A stretch of 64,000 bases of DNA, from positions 1 through 64,000 of the forward strand of contig NZ_JMCB01000005.1 in the NCBI RefSeq assembly GCF_000737315.1, given 5' to 3'. The notes beneath the pieces are model-generated. The model was not told the DNA's origin. It saw only the letters and a list, made by a program, of their open reading frames with translations, and searched no databases. Origin of the DNA: Hyalangium minutum (GTDB taxonomy: Bacteria > Myxococcota > Myxococcia > Myxococcales > Myxococcaceae). This document shows positions 1 to 9,668 of the stretch, piece by piece. Both the position numbers and the translations under genes were made by a program. Numbering within the stretch: the first letter of the stretch is position 1; every line of letters begins with the position of its first letter.

Positions 1-1323
1 GATGGGTGCGAACTGCCGGTTCAGCAGGAGATTCTTGGGGGTGATCGATTCACGCAGGAGCATCCGGTAGAAGCCACCGCCCGACGGGGTGAAGGCCGCG
101 GCGGGAGGCTGCTCCAGGTTCTCCAGGTGGCGCCAGGGCACGGTGCCGTTGGGCAGCTGAGCACCGTCCGCATACGTCGCACCGCTGGGCTTGGCCAGCA
201 GGTTGTCGCCCGCGTACCCCTGGTCCGGCACGGAGCTGCGGGAGACCACCGTCATGCGCACCTGGCGGATGTTGGCGGGGTGGTCCATGTTGCGCAGTTT
301 CGCCATTTCGAAGGGATCCTTGGCGCCAAAGCCGACGTTGAAGAACCAGCCATGGGGCAGGGTGGCCAGGTCGATCTGCTCCCAGTTCTCACCGAAGTGA
401 GCGGGGCCCATCGGGCCGTTGACGCCCAGGATGAGCGGCGTCTGGTCGTTGTCTTTCTTATTGGTGTCCAGGACGTAGGCCAGCTGAAGCTGCTCGATAC
501 CCTCGGCCACGGGCACCGCGTCATTCTCGTCGATGACGCCATCGCCCTCGGGGTTGGAGGCGGACGGCATGTCCAGGCCCTTGTGCATCATGAGGTAGGG
601 CTTGCGCTCGCCGGTGGTGGGGTGGGTGAACATGGCCACGTAGAAGGCGGCGCGGTGGACCATCAGCACGTGGGGGTTCACCCGGCCGAAGCAGGGGTGG
701 CCCAGGCCCGGGACGGCGGACTGCTCGTGGAAGAGCCGGCCCGGACGCCGCGTGGGCCGGTCGTCAGCGGCCGCCACGGGAGCGTTGTCCAGGGGAATGT
801 CCGTCTCGCCCTCGCCCACGTAGTCGCCCACGGTGACGAACACGTGCGGTGGGTTCTCGTCCACCGACGGGTCCTGGAACGTCGGGTCGCGCTCGCAGAT
901 GATGAGCAGGATCTGCCCACGGCGCAGCTCCTGGCCAGGCTTGAGGGGCTCGGCGGCCCGCAGGCTGATGAGGTTGGGAGCCACGGTCTGAGCCCGGCGG
1001 CGGAACAGCTCGTCGCGGAAGTGGACCGCGAAGGCATCCGGGAAGCCCGGCGCCTGCTGGTTGGTGGCCGCGTCGTACGAATCCCAGGAGATGATGGCCC
1101 GGTCTGGATTGATGCCGTAGCCCGCGGCGCGCAGGTGGCGGCCCATGAAGGCCAGGGCCTGGCGGGCGTTGGCCTGCACCCCGCGGCGGCTGGCGTGGAC
1201 CTGGTACTGCCGTGCCTGGGAGATGAACGTCATGCTGATGCCCACCAGCACGACCGCGCCAACGGCGGCGCCCACCAGGAGCTCCAGCAGCGTGAAACCT
1301 CGAGAGCGGATGGACTTGCGCAT
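1..1323 (-). CDS. PilW-like minor type IV pilin (3' end runs off the window)
   Basis: Not in the ORF track because there is no stop in the window. The reverse strand from 1323 reads MRKSIRSRG|FTLLELLVGAAVGAVVLVGISMTF, a class III prepilin signal (G|F, E+5). The frame appears open to base 1. Confidence 0.85.
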   Translation of the reverse strand, partial: MRKSIRSRGFTLLELLVGAAVGAVVLVGISMTFISQARQYQVHASRRGVQANARQALAFMGRHLRAAGYGINPDRAIISWDSYDAATNQQAPGFPDAFAVHFRDELFRRRAQTVAPNLISLRAAEPLKPGQELRRGQILLIICERDPTFQDPSVDENPPHVFVTVGDYVGEGETDIPLDNAPVAAADDRPTRRPGRLFHEQSAVPGLGHPCFGRVNPHVLMVHRAAFYVAMFTHPTTGERKPYLMMHKGLDMPSASNPEGDGVIDENDAVPVAEGIEQLQLAYVLDTNKKDNDQTPLILGVNGPMGPAHFGENWEQIDLATLPHGWFFNVGFGAKDPFEMAKLRNMDHPANIRQVRMTVVSRSSVPDQGYAGDNLLAKPSGATYADGAQLPNGTVPWRHLENLEQPPAAAFTPSGGGFYRMLLRESITPKNLLLNRQFAPI

Positions 1324-1328
1324 GGGAA

Positions 1329-1889
1329 TTACAGCTCCAGGAGGGTTTGGTCGTCGCCGGTGATCAGCTCGACGTCATAGCGCACGGCCCAGGTCTTCAC
1401 ATCGACCATGCCCCCGCCGGGCGACGGGAAGCGCACCATGATGAGGATCCGCTTCTGATCCACCTGACCGGCGCGCTGCGGGTTGGCGACGGGTATCACG
1501 CGCCAGGCCACCTTGTAGAAGGTTCGGTCGCCTTCGGAGGTGAACATGGCGTCCGCGGCGCCCAGGATGGGGCGATCCGTGGTCTGCGCCACCGCCGTCT
1601 CCAGCTTCACCAGTCCATCCTCATTTTCGATGTTGTCGAACTCGTCGTCCGTCATGAGCAGGCCCGTGGGGACGCTGAGCATCGGGTGCTTGAAGGGGAT
1701 GCGCTCGAAGGAGTCCGCCACGTCGCGGGCAATCTTGCTGGCGACGGTGCGCGAGCGGGCCAGGGTGTTCTGCTTACTGGCCAGCAGGTTCATGTCCATG
1801 ATGCCGATGATGCCGATGGTGAAGACGGCGAGCGCCGCCATCGCCTCGATGAGAGAACTGCCGCGGTGGAACGAGCGAGAGGAACGCAT
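1329..1889 (-). CDS. PilV-like minor pilin
   Basis: RG|SSLIEAMAALAVFTIGIIG prepilin-type N-terminus; lies between two other pilin genes. Confidence 0.8.
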   Translation of the reverse strand: MRSSRSFHRGSSLIEAMAALAVFTIGIIGIMDMNLLASKQNTLARSRTVASKIARDVADSFERIPFKHPMLSVPTGLLMTDDEFDNIENEDGLVKLETAVAQTTDRPILGAADAMFTSEGDRTFYKVAWRVIPVANPQRAGQVDQKRILIMVRFPSPGGGMVDVKTWAVRYDVELITGDDQTLLEL

Positions 1890-1897
1890 GGGCTCTC

Positions 1898-2698
1898 CTA
1901 GAAGACGACGACGGCGCCAGCGGGCGCGGAGATGGTCAGCAGCTTGGGAATCACATCCCGCTCCTCGCGGGTGCTGGGGGCGAAGGCGATGACGGCGCCA
2001 GAGCGGGCGTTGCCCGTCATCACGTCCATGGTGCCGTCCGCGTTGAAGCGCAGCACGCCGTAGGGCTCGCTGCCGCTGGGGTTGATGCAGAAGTTGCAGC
2101 CGACCATCAGGTCCAGCGCCGGAATGTTCAGGTTGGGAGCCTGGACCGTCGTGGTCAGCGAGATGGCGCTGAAGGGCGGCGGCAGGGGCTTGCGGATGCG
2201 GATGGAGTCCAGGTCCAGGAAGCCCAGGAAGGACGCGTTGGCGGGCTGGCTGTTACCCGGCTCCGTCCAGGTGGTGCCCAGCTCCACCCTGTCCCGAGGG
2301 TTGGCATTCATGGGCCCCACGGTGCCGTCGGACCGCGTGCCGGTGTACTGCAGGGCCTCGGCGACGCCGCTGGTGAGGTTCAGCGTCTGCCAGTCGGTGC
2401 GGGTAATGGCCGGCACGTCCGGGCGTTCGATCATCAGCACGCGCACGCGGCCCGGCTGGGTCGTGTTCTGGAAGGGCTGGTGGATGAAGATGTAGTGGGG
2501 GGCGCCGCGGCTGATGGCGCGCAGCTGCGCGGTGTTCATGAGCGCGGCCACGTCAAACACGGCGTTGTTCATCCGCGCCGTGCCGGTGTAGCGCAGGCCA
2601 TAGGAGGACAGCGCGACCAGGATGGCGAGGATGGCCACGGCGGCCATCAGCTCAATTAGGGTGACACCTTGGCGGAGTCGTCGGGTGCGAGCAGGCAA
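1898..2698 (-). CDS. FimU/FimT (GspH-like) minor pilin
   Basis: QG|VTLIELMAAVAILAIL prepilin motif. Start re-assigned to TTG at 2698, which follows an AGGAGG RBS. Confidence 0.8.
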   Translation of the reverse strand: MPARTRRLRQGVTLIELMAAVAILAILVALSSYGLRYTGTARMNNAVFDVAALMNTAQLRAISRGAPHYIFIHQPFQNTTQPGRVRVLMIERPDVPAITRTDWQTLNLTSGVAEALQYTGTRSDGTVGPMNANPRDRVELGTTWTEPGNSQPANASFLGFLDLDSIRIRKPLPPPFSAISLTTTVQAPNLNIPALDLMVGCNFCINPSGSEPYGVLRFNADGTMDVMTGNARSGAVIAFAPSTREERDVIPKLLTISAPAGAVVVF

Positions 2699-2726
2699 GC
2701 AGGACCTCCTGAGAGTCCCCCACTCT

Positions 2727-2742
2727 TGCAAAGTCCAGCCCG
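2727..2742 (-). promoter_or_regulatory. Possible sigma54 (-24/-12) promoter of the pilin cluster
   Basis: Minus strand CGG-GCTGGACTTT-GCA: GG-N10-GC spacing with a good TTGCA -12 box and a weak -24 box. Confidence 0.35.
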
Positions 2743-2819
2743 GCACAGAAGTCGATGTAAGCGCTGGGAACGACAGGATCTACAGGGTGCTTCAGGCGCT
2801 CCGTGACAGGGGTTGCGCG

Positions 2820-2850
2820 TCGCAAACTTTGCACTCCGCAAACTTTGCGA
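2820..2850. repeat. Tandem direct repeat of a palindromic unit (putative operator/enhancer)
   Basis: CGCAAACTTTGC occurs twice (2821-2832 and 2837-2848). Each copy contains the inverted repeat GCAAA-C-TTTGC. Confidence 0.7.
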
Positions 2851-2944
2851 GGTGAACTCCAGGTGGGTAAGACACGCGAGGTGCGCGCACCCTCGGGAGT
2901 TCTCCGACATGGGCGCACGTCACCGAGAACCAGGAGGAGTCCTC

Positions 2945-3619
2945 ATGTTGCGGCCTTTGGCGGAAGCGCTCTACGTCCAGGAGGTGCCGTTTCGCATCGG
3001 TGGGATGGAGCTGGGCGGGCGGATGACAGTGATCCGCTTGCCCGAAGGCGGGCTGTGGATCCACTCGCCGGTGCGGATGGACGCGGAGACGCGGGCGGCG
3101 GTGGAGGCACTGGGGCCGGTGCGCTACCTGGTGGCGCCCAACCTCGAGCACCACCTGAACCTGCCGGCCTGGGCCGCGGCGTTTCCGGAGGCTCGCGTGG
3201 TGGCGCTGCCAGGCCTGCGCAAGAAGCAGCCGAACCTGCGCATCGACGTGGAGCTGGGAGCCGCGCCGGAGGCGGGCTACGCCGAGGTGATTGCGCAGCA
3301 ACACCTGCGCGGCATGCCCAGGATGGAGGAGTTCGTCTTCCTGCACCGCCCCAGCCGCACGCTGCTGGTGACGGATGTGGCATTCCACATCCGCCATTCG
3401 CCCTCGTGGCTGACGCGCACGTACCTGAAGCTGAGCGGCACATACGGGAAGCTGGCGCCGACGATGTTGCTCAAGTCGCTGGTGAAGGACCGGCAGGCGC
3501 TGCGCACCTCACTGGAGGCGGTGTGGAGCTGGGACTTCGAGCGCGTGGTGGTGTGCCACGGCGAGGTGCTCGAGTCCGGGGGGAAGGCGGCGCTGCGGAG
3601 CGGATTCGCGTGGCTCTAA
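2945..3619 (+). CDS. DUF4336 family protein (metallo-hydrolase-like)
   Basis: RMTVIRL..GGLWIHSP, VAPNLEHH, EFVFLHRPSRTLLVTD, WDFERVVVCHG motifs; GGAGGAG RBS before ATG 2945. Confidence 0.85.
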   Translation: MLRPLAEALYVQEVPFRIGGMELGGRMTVIRLPEGGLWIHSPVRMDAETRAAVEALGPVRYLVAPNLEHHLNLPAWAAAFPEARVVALPGLRKKQPNLRIDVELGAAPEAGYAEVIAQQHLRGMPRMEEFVFLHRPSRTLLVTDVAFHIRHSPSWLTRTYLKLSGTYGKLAPTMLLKSLVKDRQALRTSLEAVWSWDFERVVVCHGEVLESGGKAALRSGFAWL

Positions 3620-3674
3620 CGCGCCGTGGCAATTTTGGGTTAAGAATCGAACTCTCTCTACCCCCGGAGGTTGC

Positions 3675-4349
3675 ATGCAGTTGCAGAAGCTCTCTCTTGG
3701 CGTCGCTGGTGTGATGGCGGCGTTCTTCTTCTCTTCTTCGGCCCTGGCCAACAGCACGGGCATGACGGGCCGCTCCGGCAAGACTACGGGGCAGACCTGC
3801 ATGTCGGGTTGCCACGGCACGATGGCCGCCAGCGCCGCTCCCACGGTGACGCTGGAGGGACCGGCGACTCTCGAGGCGGGCGCCACGGGTAGCTACAAGC
3901 TCACCATCTCGGGCGGCCCCGGGGTGAAGGGCGGCTTGAACGTGGCGGCCAGCAGCGGCACGGTCGGCGTCGTCGGATCTGATGTGAAGGTCCAGGGCGG
4001 TGAGCTGACCCACTCGGCGGCCAAGGCCTTCACCAGCGGCGCGGTCTCGTTCGATTTTACCTTCAAGGCGCCGGCCGCGGCCGGCACCGCGACGCTCTAT
4101 GCCAGCGGCAACTCGACCAACGGCGACGGCACGTGGGACGGAGATAACGCGGTCGCCATCACCAAGCCCATCACGGTGACCGCCGCGAGCGTCCCGGACG
4201 CGGGCACGGGCACCCCCGACGCGGGCAACGGCAACGGTGACGGCGACGGGGATGACGATGACAGCGGTTGCTCCGCCGTGGGTGGCGCTCCGCTGCTGGC
4301 CCTGCTGGGTCTGCTCGCCGCCGCGGGGCTGCGCCGCCGCTCGGCGTAG
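3675..4349 (+). CDS. MXAN_6652-like MYXO-CTERM-anchored surface protein (Reeler-like domain)
   Basis: Signal peptide, CMSGCHG motif, beta-rich core, Asp/Gly linker, then GCSAVGGAPLLALLGLLAAAGLRRR sorting tail. Confidence 0.8.
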   Translation: MQLQKLSLGVAGVMAAFFFSSSALANSTGMTGRSGKTTGQTCMSGCHGTMAASAAPTVTLEGPATLEAGATGSYKLTISGGPGVKGGLNVAASSGTVGVVGSDVKVQGGELTHSAAKAFTSGAVSFDFTFKAPAAAGTATLYASGNSTNGDGTWDGDNAVAITKPITVTAASVPDAGTGTPDAGNGNGDGDGDDDDSGCSAVGGAPLLALLGLLAAAGLRRRSA

Positions 4350-4490
4350 TTCGCGTCTCGTGGGAACAGGGCGTTGCGTGTCCCGCTCCCATCGCCTCAC
4401 CCGGGGCCGTCCGCCTGCTGTGCGGACAGGCCCGGGGCGGGGAGAGGACAATGCTCGGGGCCTCGTCTTAGCATCGCGCCCCTTCGAGCC

Positions 4491-5357
4491 ATGTCCTTCC
4501 TCCGATTTCTCTCCGCGCTCTCCCTCACCACGGCGCTCGCCTGCGCCTCGCCCTCGGGCCTGGGGCCTCGCTCCGCTTCCGTGGAGCAGCAGACCTCCAC
4601 GGGCCGCGCGTCCAGCGAGCTGCGTGTGATGACCTTCAACATCCAGTCCGGCCTGCGCGGCCTGGACAAGGTGGCCGAGGTCATCCGCACCGCGCACCCC
4701 GACATCGTCGCGCTCCAGGAGGTGGACCGGGGCAGCCGGCGCGCGGGAGGGCTGGATCAGACGGCCGTGCTCGCCGAGAAGACCGGTCTGCCGTACCACG
4801 CGCACATCCGCACCACGGACCTGTACGGCGGCGCGTATGGCATCGCGCTGCTCTCGCGCTTTCCGCTGGAGGCGCTGGAGGAGTACCCGCTGCCCGTGCC
4901 GCGTGGCGCGGAGCCTCGCACGCTGGCCCATGCGCTCATGCGGGTGGACGGGCGCGAGGTGAGCGTCTACGTCACCCACCTCATCCGCCGGCCCTTCAAC
5001 GGGGACGCCCGTGTGCGCCAGAGCGCGCTCATCGCCGCGCTGCTCGCGAAGGATCCCCGGCCCAAGCTCCTCATGGGCGACCTGAATGACGCTCCCGACT
5101 CGCGCCCCGTGCGCCTGCTGCGGCGGAGCCTCACGGACGTGGCGGCCGCCAGCGGCCAGGGCTCGGCGGGCACCTACCCTCTGCCGCTGCCGTTCGCGCC
5201 CGCGCTGCGCATCGACTACGTGCTGGCCTGTGACTCCTTCGAGCCGGTGCGGAGCGAGGTGCTGCACGTGGGCGCCTCGGACCATTACCCCGTCGTCGCG
5301 GACGTGCGGCTGAAGGCGGCGCCGGTGGCAGAGGCAGCGCCGGCCGCGGCGCCCTGA
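4491..5357 (+). CDS. Endonuclease/exonuclease/phosphatase (EEP) family lipoprotein
   Basis: VMTFNI, DIVALQEVD, LMGDLN, IDYVL and SDHYPV motifs; lipobox-like LAC. Confidence 0.9.
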   Translation: MSFLRFLSALSLTTALACASPSGLGPRSASVEQQTSTGRASSELRVMTFNIQSGLRGLDKVAEVIRTAHPDIVALQEVDRGSRRAGGLDQTAVLAEKTGLPYHAHIRTTDLYGGAYGIALLSRFPLEALEEYPLPVPRGAEPRTLAHALMRVDGREVSVYVTHLIRRPFNGDARVRQSALIAALLAKDPRPKLLMGDLNDAPDSRPVRLLRRSLTDVAAASGQGSAGTYPLPLPFAPALRIDYVLACDSFEPVRSEVLHVGASDHYPVVADVRLKAAPVAEAAPAAAP

Positions 5358-5360
5358 GGC

Positions 5361-6683
5361 TCAGAGCAGCGCACCCCGGAGGATGACGCTGGCCACGGTG
5401 AAGTAGATGACCAGGCCGGACACGTCCACGAGCGTGGCGACGAACGGTGCGGAAGCGCTCGCGGGATCGAAGCCCACCCGCCGCAGCACGAAGGGCAGCA
5501 TGGAGCCGGACAGGGTGCCGAACATCACGACGCCCACCAGCGACAGGCCCACGGTGAAGGCCACCTTCACCGCGTGCTCGCCGTAGCTGTGGAAGAGGCC
5601 CTGCCACAGCAGGATGCGCACGATGCCCACGCAGCCAAGGATGGTGCCCAGGGCCAGGCCCGCGGCCAGCTCCCGGCGCGCCACGAGCCACCAGTCCCTG
5701 AGCCGCACCTCGGAGAGCGCCAGCGAGCGGATGATCAGCGTGGTGGCCTGGCTGCCGGAGTTGCCGCCCGAGCTGATGATGAGCGGGATGAAGAGGCTGA
5801 GCACCACCGCGCGGGCGATCTCCTCCTCGAAGTAGCCCATGGCGGTGGCGGTGAGCATCTCCCCGAGGAAGAGCACCATCAGCCAGCCCGCCCGCTTCTT
5901 GAGCATGGCGAGGAAGCCTACCTCCAGGTACGGCGCATCGAGGGCCTCCATACCGCCCACCTTCTGGATGTCCTCGGTGGCCTCCTCCTGCACCACCTGG
6001 ACGATGTCATCCACCGTGACGATGCCCTTCATCCGCTTCTCACCGTCCACCACGGGGATGGCCATGAAGCCGTGCTCGGAGAAGAGGTGGCTCACGGCCT
6101 CCTGGTCCGTGTCCTCGCTGACGGTGACGACGTCCCGGCGCATCACTTCGTCCACCCGCTTGCCCGGCGAGGCCTGGAAGAGCTGCCGCAGGGAGACCAC
6201 GCCCAGCAGGTGCTGCTGAGAGTCCAGCACGTACGCGTAATAGACCGTCTCCACCTTCTCGCGCGTCTGCTTGCGCAGGTAGCTGATGGCCTCGTCGATG
6301 GTCATCTCTGGACGCACCCGCGCGAAGCGGGGATTCATCAAGCCACCCGCGTCGTCCTCCGCGTAGGCCAGCAGCGCGTGCGCCTCGCGGCGGGTGGCCT
6401 CATCGAGCTCGCCGAGCAGGCTCTCGCGGACCTCCAGCGGCGCGGCCTGGACCACGTCCACCGCGTCATCCGGCGCCAGCAACCGCATCCACGTGCGTCG
6501 CTCCGCCGGTGCCAGCGCGAGGATGAGCTCCAGTTGCTCCGGCGCCGAGAGCGAGAGGAAGAAGTCATCCGCGGTGGCGTGGGGGACGAGCTTGAAGCTC
6601 TCCACGCGCTCATCCCGAGAGAGGGCGGGCCAAGCATCGCGCAGCTCGTGCGGGAAGATCGGCTCGGGATCGACGATCGTCAT
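5361..6683 (-). CDS. mgtE: Magnesium transporter MgtE
   Basis: MgtE-N domain, CBS pair (AGGLMN...GIVTVDD), membrane domain with GGNSGSQ and DPASASAPFVATLVD. Confidence 0.95.
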   Translation of the reverse strand: MTIVDPEPIFPHELRDAWPALSRDERVESFKLVPHATADDFFLSLSAPEQLELILALAPAERRTWMRLLAPDDAVDVVQAAPLEVRESLLGELDEATRREAHALLAYAEDDAGGLMNPRFARVRPEMTIDEAISYLRKQTREKVETVYYAYVLDSQQHLLGVVSLRQLFQASPGKRVDEVMRRDVVTVSEDTDQEAVSHLFSEHGFMAIPVVDGEKRMKGIVTVDDIVQVVQEEATEDIQKVGGMEALDAPYLEVGFLAMLKKRAGWLMVLFLGEMLTATAMGYFEEEIARAVVLSLFIPLIISSGGNSGSQATTLIIRSLALSEVRLRDWWLVARRELAAGLALGTILGCVGIVRILLWQGLFHSYGEHAVKVAFTVGLSLVGVVMFGTLSGSMLPFVLRRVGFDPASASAPFVATLVDVSGLVIYFTVASVILRGALL

Positions 6684-6801
6684 GACAGGCGCTCCACGCG
6701 GCGCTCTTCCCACACTCAGGAGGAACAGGCCAGCGCCCTCAGGTGCTCATGCTCTACCTCGGCCTCGCGGACAGGGGCGGGTTGGCCTACCCTCTGGGGC
6801 C

Positions 6802-7485
6802 ATGCCGCTGTCCGCGCTCTGGAAACGCCCGGGAGGCCTCCGTCGGCTCCTGTTCGCCCTCGTGGGTGTGTTGACGTGTGGCGTGTTCGGGCTGACGTGG
6901 CGCGTGGATCGCTTCGGCCAGCGCGAGCGGGCCATGCCAGCCGACGCGGTGGTGGTGCTGGGCGCTCGCGTGCTCCAGGGCGGCGTACCCTCGGGAGCGC
7001 TGCAGGCGCGGGTGGAGAAGGCGGTGGAGCTGTACCAGCGGGGCGTGGCTTCGCGGCTCGTCTTCTCCGGGGGGGTAGGGGATCATCCGCCCTCCGAGGC
7101 CCAGGTCATGCGTTCGTTGGCGGTCCAACTGGGTGTCCCGGCCGAGGCGTGCACGCTGGAGGAGCAGAGCCACTCCACCGAGCAGAACGCCCGCTTCAGC
7201 GCCGAGCTGTTGCGCGCCCTGGGCGCCCAGCGCGTGGTGGTGGTGTCCGATCCGTACCACTTGCTGCGCGCGCGGCAGTACTTCCGGCTCCAGGGCTTCG
7301 AGGTGGCCACCAGCCCCGCGCTCCTCACCGAGCGCAACCTCCACGCCGTGGATCGCTTCTACTGGACGGTACGCGAGGCCTTCGCCTTGCTGCTGCACCC
7401 GCGCGTGTTGCTCGCGCGGGCGCCCGCGGTTCGGGCCGGTGTGGCCGAGGCCTCTCGGTCCAGCAGGGCTACTCGGGGATCTTGA
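6802..7485 (+). CDS. YdcF/DUF218 (SanA/ElyC-like) protein
   Basis: N-terminal TM, DAVVVLGA, VFSGG, EEQSHSTEQNA and VVVSDPYHLLRA motifs. The 3' end overlaps the convergent protease gene. Confidence 0.9.
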   Translation: MPLSALWKRPGGLRRLLFALVGVLTCGVFGLTWRVDRFGQRERAMPADAVVVLGARVLQGGVPSGALQARVEKAVELYQRGVASRLVFSGGVGDHPPSEAQVMRSLAVQLGVPAEACTLEEQSHSTEQNARFSAELLRALGAQRVVVVSDPYHLLRARQYFRLQGFEVATSPALLTERNLHAVDRFYWTVREAFALLLHPRVLLARAPAVRAGVAEASRSSRATRGS

Positions 7486-8962
7486 GCGCGCGGAGCGCCC
7501 GGGCCCCCTGGAACTCGATGCGCAGGAGCACCGAGCTCCCGGGCCGGGCCTCGCGCAGGATTCGGGCGAGATCCGCGGCACCGCGCACCGGCTTGGCCGC
7601 AGCCTCCATGACCACCATGCCCGGCATGAGCCCCGCGCGCTCCGCCACGGAGCCCGGCACCACCTGGGTGAGGAGCGCCCCCGAGGGAAATCCTCGCGCT
7701 TGCAGCTGGGGCGCCACATCCGAGAGGCCCAGCCCGATCCGCTGGTGGGGCTCCTCCTGAGCCCGAGGGCTTCGCCGCGACGAGACGCCCTCGATGTCCG
7801 GCCGCGTTCCCAGCGTGAGCTTCCGCTCTTGCTTGTCGCCCCGCCGGTACAGCGTGAGCGTCACCTCCGTGCCGGGACGCATGAGCGCGACCGTGCGCGT
7901 GAGCGCGCTCGCGGAGGTGATGGGCTTACCGTCCAACGCCACGATGGTGTCATCCAGCTCCAGCCCGGCCCGAGCGGCGGGCGAGCCCTCGTCGACGCTC
8001 AACACGATGGCACCTTCCTGCACGGGCAGGTTCATCGCCTCGGCGAGCGGGGCCGTCAGGTTCTGGACGCCCACGCCCAACCAGCCACGGGTGACGGTGC
8101 CCTCCTTCTCCAGCTGAGGCACCAGCGCCTTCACGAGGTTGCTGGGCACCGCGAAGCCGATGCCCGTGCCGCCGCCCACGATGGCGGTGTTGATGCCGAT
8201 CACCTCGCCCTTCATGTTGAAGAGCGGACCGCCCGAGTTGCCCGGGTTGATGGCGGCATCCGTCTGCAGGAAGTCGTCATACGGGCCGGCCTGGATGTCC
8301 CGCGCCTTGGCCGAGAGGATGCCCAGGCTGACGCTGGAGGACAGGCCGAAGGGGTTGCCGATGGCCAGCACCCAGTCGCCCACGCGCATGGCCTCCGAGT
8401 CACCCAGCTGTACCACGGGCAGATCCTTCACGTCCTTGCCCTGGAGCTGGAGAACGGCCACGTCCGTGAGCGGATCGGTGCCCAGCACCTCGGCATCGAA
8501 CTGGCGGCCATCCAAGAGCTTCACACGGATATCCATGGCGCCCTCCACCACGTGGTTGTTGGTGAGCACCCTCCCCGAGGGATCAATGATGAAGCCCGAG
8601 CCCGCGCCCCGGAGCACCGGCTCTCGGGGCTCCTGGAACGGCTGCCTCCACGGCCACGGCAGGCCTTCTCCGAAGGGATCTTCCAGGCCGTGCGGCCCCA
8701 TCGGCCCTTGGACTCGCGAGGTGACCTCCACGTTGACGACCGCGGCGCGCACCGAGTCCGTCAGCGAGGCCACCGAGGGAAGCGGCTGAGGAGCGAGCTG
8801 CGGGGCGGCCGTGCCTGTCACCTGGGCCGGCTCCGAAGCGGGTGGCGTCGCCTCGATTTCTCCCAAGGGCAGAGAGGCGGGCGGCCCCTTGTCACAGCCA
8901 GCCAGTGCCACCCCTCCTGCCAACAGCAACCCCAGGACTCTCGATGCGTATGTCTCCTTCAT
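7469..8962 (-). CDS. htrA: Do/HtrA-family serine endopeptidase lipoprotein with two PDZ domains
   Basis: TNNHVV, TD and GNSGGP catalytic triad motifs; two PDZ domains; LAGC lipobox after the start MKETYASR. Confidence 0.93.
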   Translation of the reverse strand: MKETYASRVLGLLLAGGVALAGCDKGPPASLPLGEIEATPPASEPAQVTGTAAPQLAPQPLPSVASLTDSVRAAVVNVEVTSRVQGPMGPHGLEDPFGEGLPWPWRQPFQEPREPVLRGAGSGFIIDPSGRVLTNNHVVEGAMDIRVKLLDGRQFDAEVLGTDPLTDVAVLQLQGKDVKDLPVVQLGDSEAMRVGDWVLAIGNPFGLSSSVSLGILSAKARDIQAGPYDDFLQTDAAINPGNSGGPLFNMKGEVIGINTAIVGGGTGIGFAVPSNLVKALVPQLEKEGTVTRGWLGVGVQNLTAPLAEAMNLPVQEGAIVLSVDEGSPAARAGLELDDTIVALDGKPITSASALTRTVALMRPGTEVTLTLYRRGDKQERKLTLGTRPDIEGVSSRRSPRAQEEPHQRIGLGLSDVAPQLQARGFPSGALLTQVVPGSVAERAGLMPGMVVMEAAAKPVRGAADLARILREARPGSSVLLRIEFQGARALRALKIPE

Positions 8963-9074
8963 CCCGTTCCTCCCACCAGACATTGCGGGCGCCCTGTCCG
9001 ATAAAACAGGGGGCTCGCCACGCAAGGTGGAGCGAGGTGTGAGGAGCGGGGCGAGGGGAGGAGTGCGTGGTGGC

Positions 9075-9578
9075 TCAGGCCGACTTTTCGCGGGCCGACG
9101 CCAGTCCTTCCGCGGGGGCTGACTCCAGCCGGACGACGAGCTTCTCCAGGATGCGGAAGAGGGCCTTGCGGTCTTCTCCATCCAGCAGGCCGAGGAACTG
9201 GCCCATGGCCTCGTCTAACTGACCCTTGAGAAGCTGGTAGGTCTGCTGCCCGGCCTCCGTCAGGCGGCAGCGCACGACGCGGCGGTCCAGGGTGATGCGC
9301 TCGCGCTGGACGTGGCCCTCGCGCTCGAGGCGATCCACGACGCCGGTGACGGTCTTCTCCGTCACGCCCAGTCGCCGGGCGAGCTCTCCCATGGTGAGCA
9401 TGCCGTCCAGCCCCAGCCACAGCAGCGAGTGGACCTGGGGCGGGGTGAACTGGAAATCCTCACAGGTCGCCGCGATGGGGTCCCGGAGCGAGCGGCGCCG
9501 CCCCAGTGCGTGGAGCAGCTGCTGGAGCTGCGCGACGTCTCCGGCGAGTTCTTCCTGTTTCGGGATATTCCGTGACAC
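9075..9578 (-). CDS. MarR-family transcriptional regulator
   Basis: LTMGELARRLGVTEKTVTGVVDRLEREGHVQR...DRRVVRCRLTEAG winged HTH; GTG start inferred. Confidence 0.9.
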   Translation of the reverse strand: MSRNIPKQEELAGDVAQLQQLLHALGRRRSLRDPIAATCEDFQFTPPQVHSLLWLGLDGMLTMGELARRLGVTEKTVTGVVDRLEREGHVQRERITLDRRVVRCRLTEAGQQTYQLLKGQLDEAMGQFLGLLDGEDRKALFRILEKLVVRLESAPAEGLASAREKSA

Positions 9579-9668
9579 GGAATTTTCTTTATCGGGCACC
9601 CTGGGGCGGGTCAATGGATTCTCCGGGCCCCTTGACGTGCACCCTTGCTCCGGAAGAGGAACGTTTCT

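Noticed and set aside
127-1380. 417-aa plus-strand ORF, and similar long ORFs such as 3471-5285, 5574-7760, 33456-35678 and 35240-38158
   Set aside because: Antisense or off-frame shadows of real genes in high-GC DNA. They are Arg/Gly/Pro-rich, have no motifs and overlap well-supported CDSs.
9579-9668. ModE box or Moco riboswitch upstream of modA
   Set aside because: No ModE consensus is visible, and the 90-bp GC-rich region shows no recognisable Moco motif.
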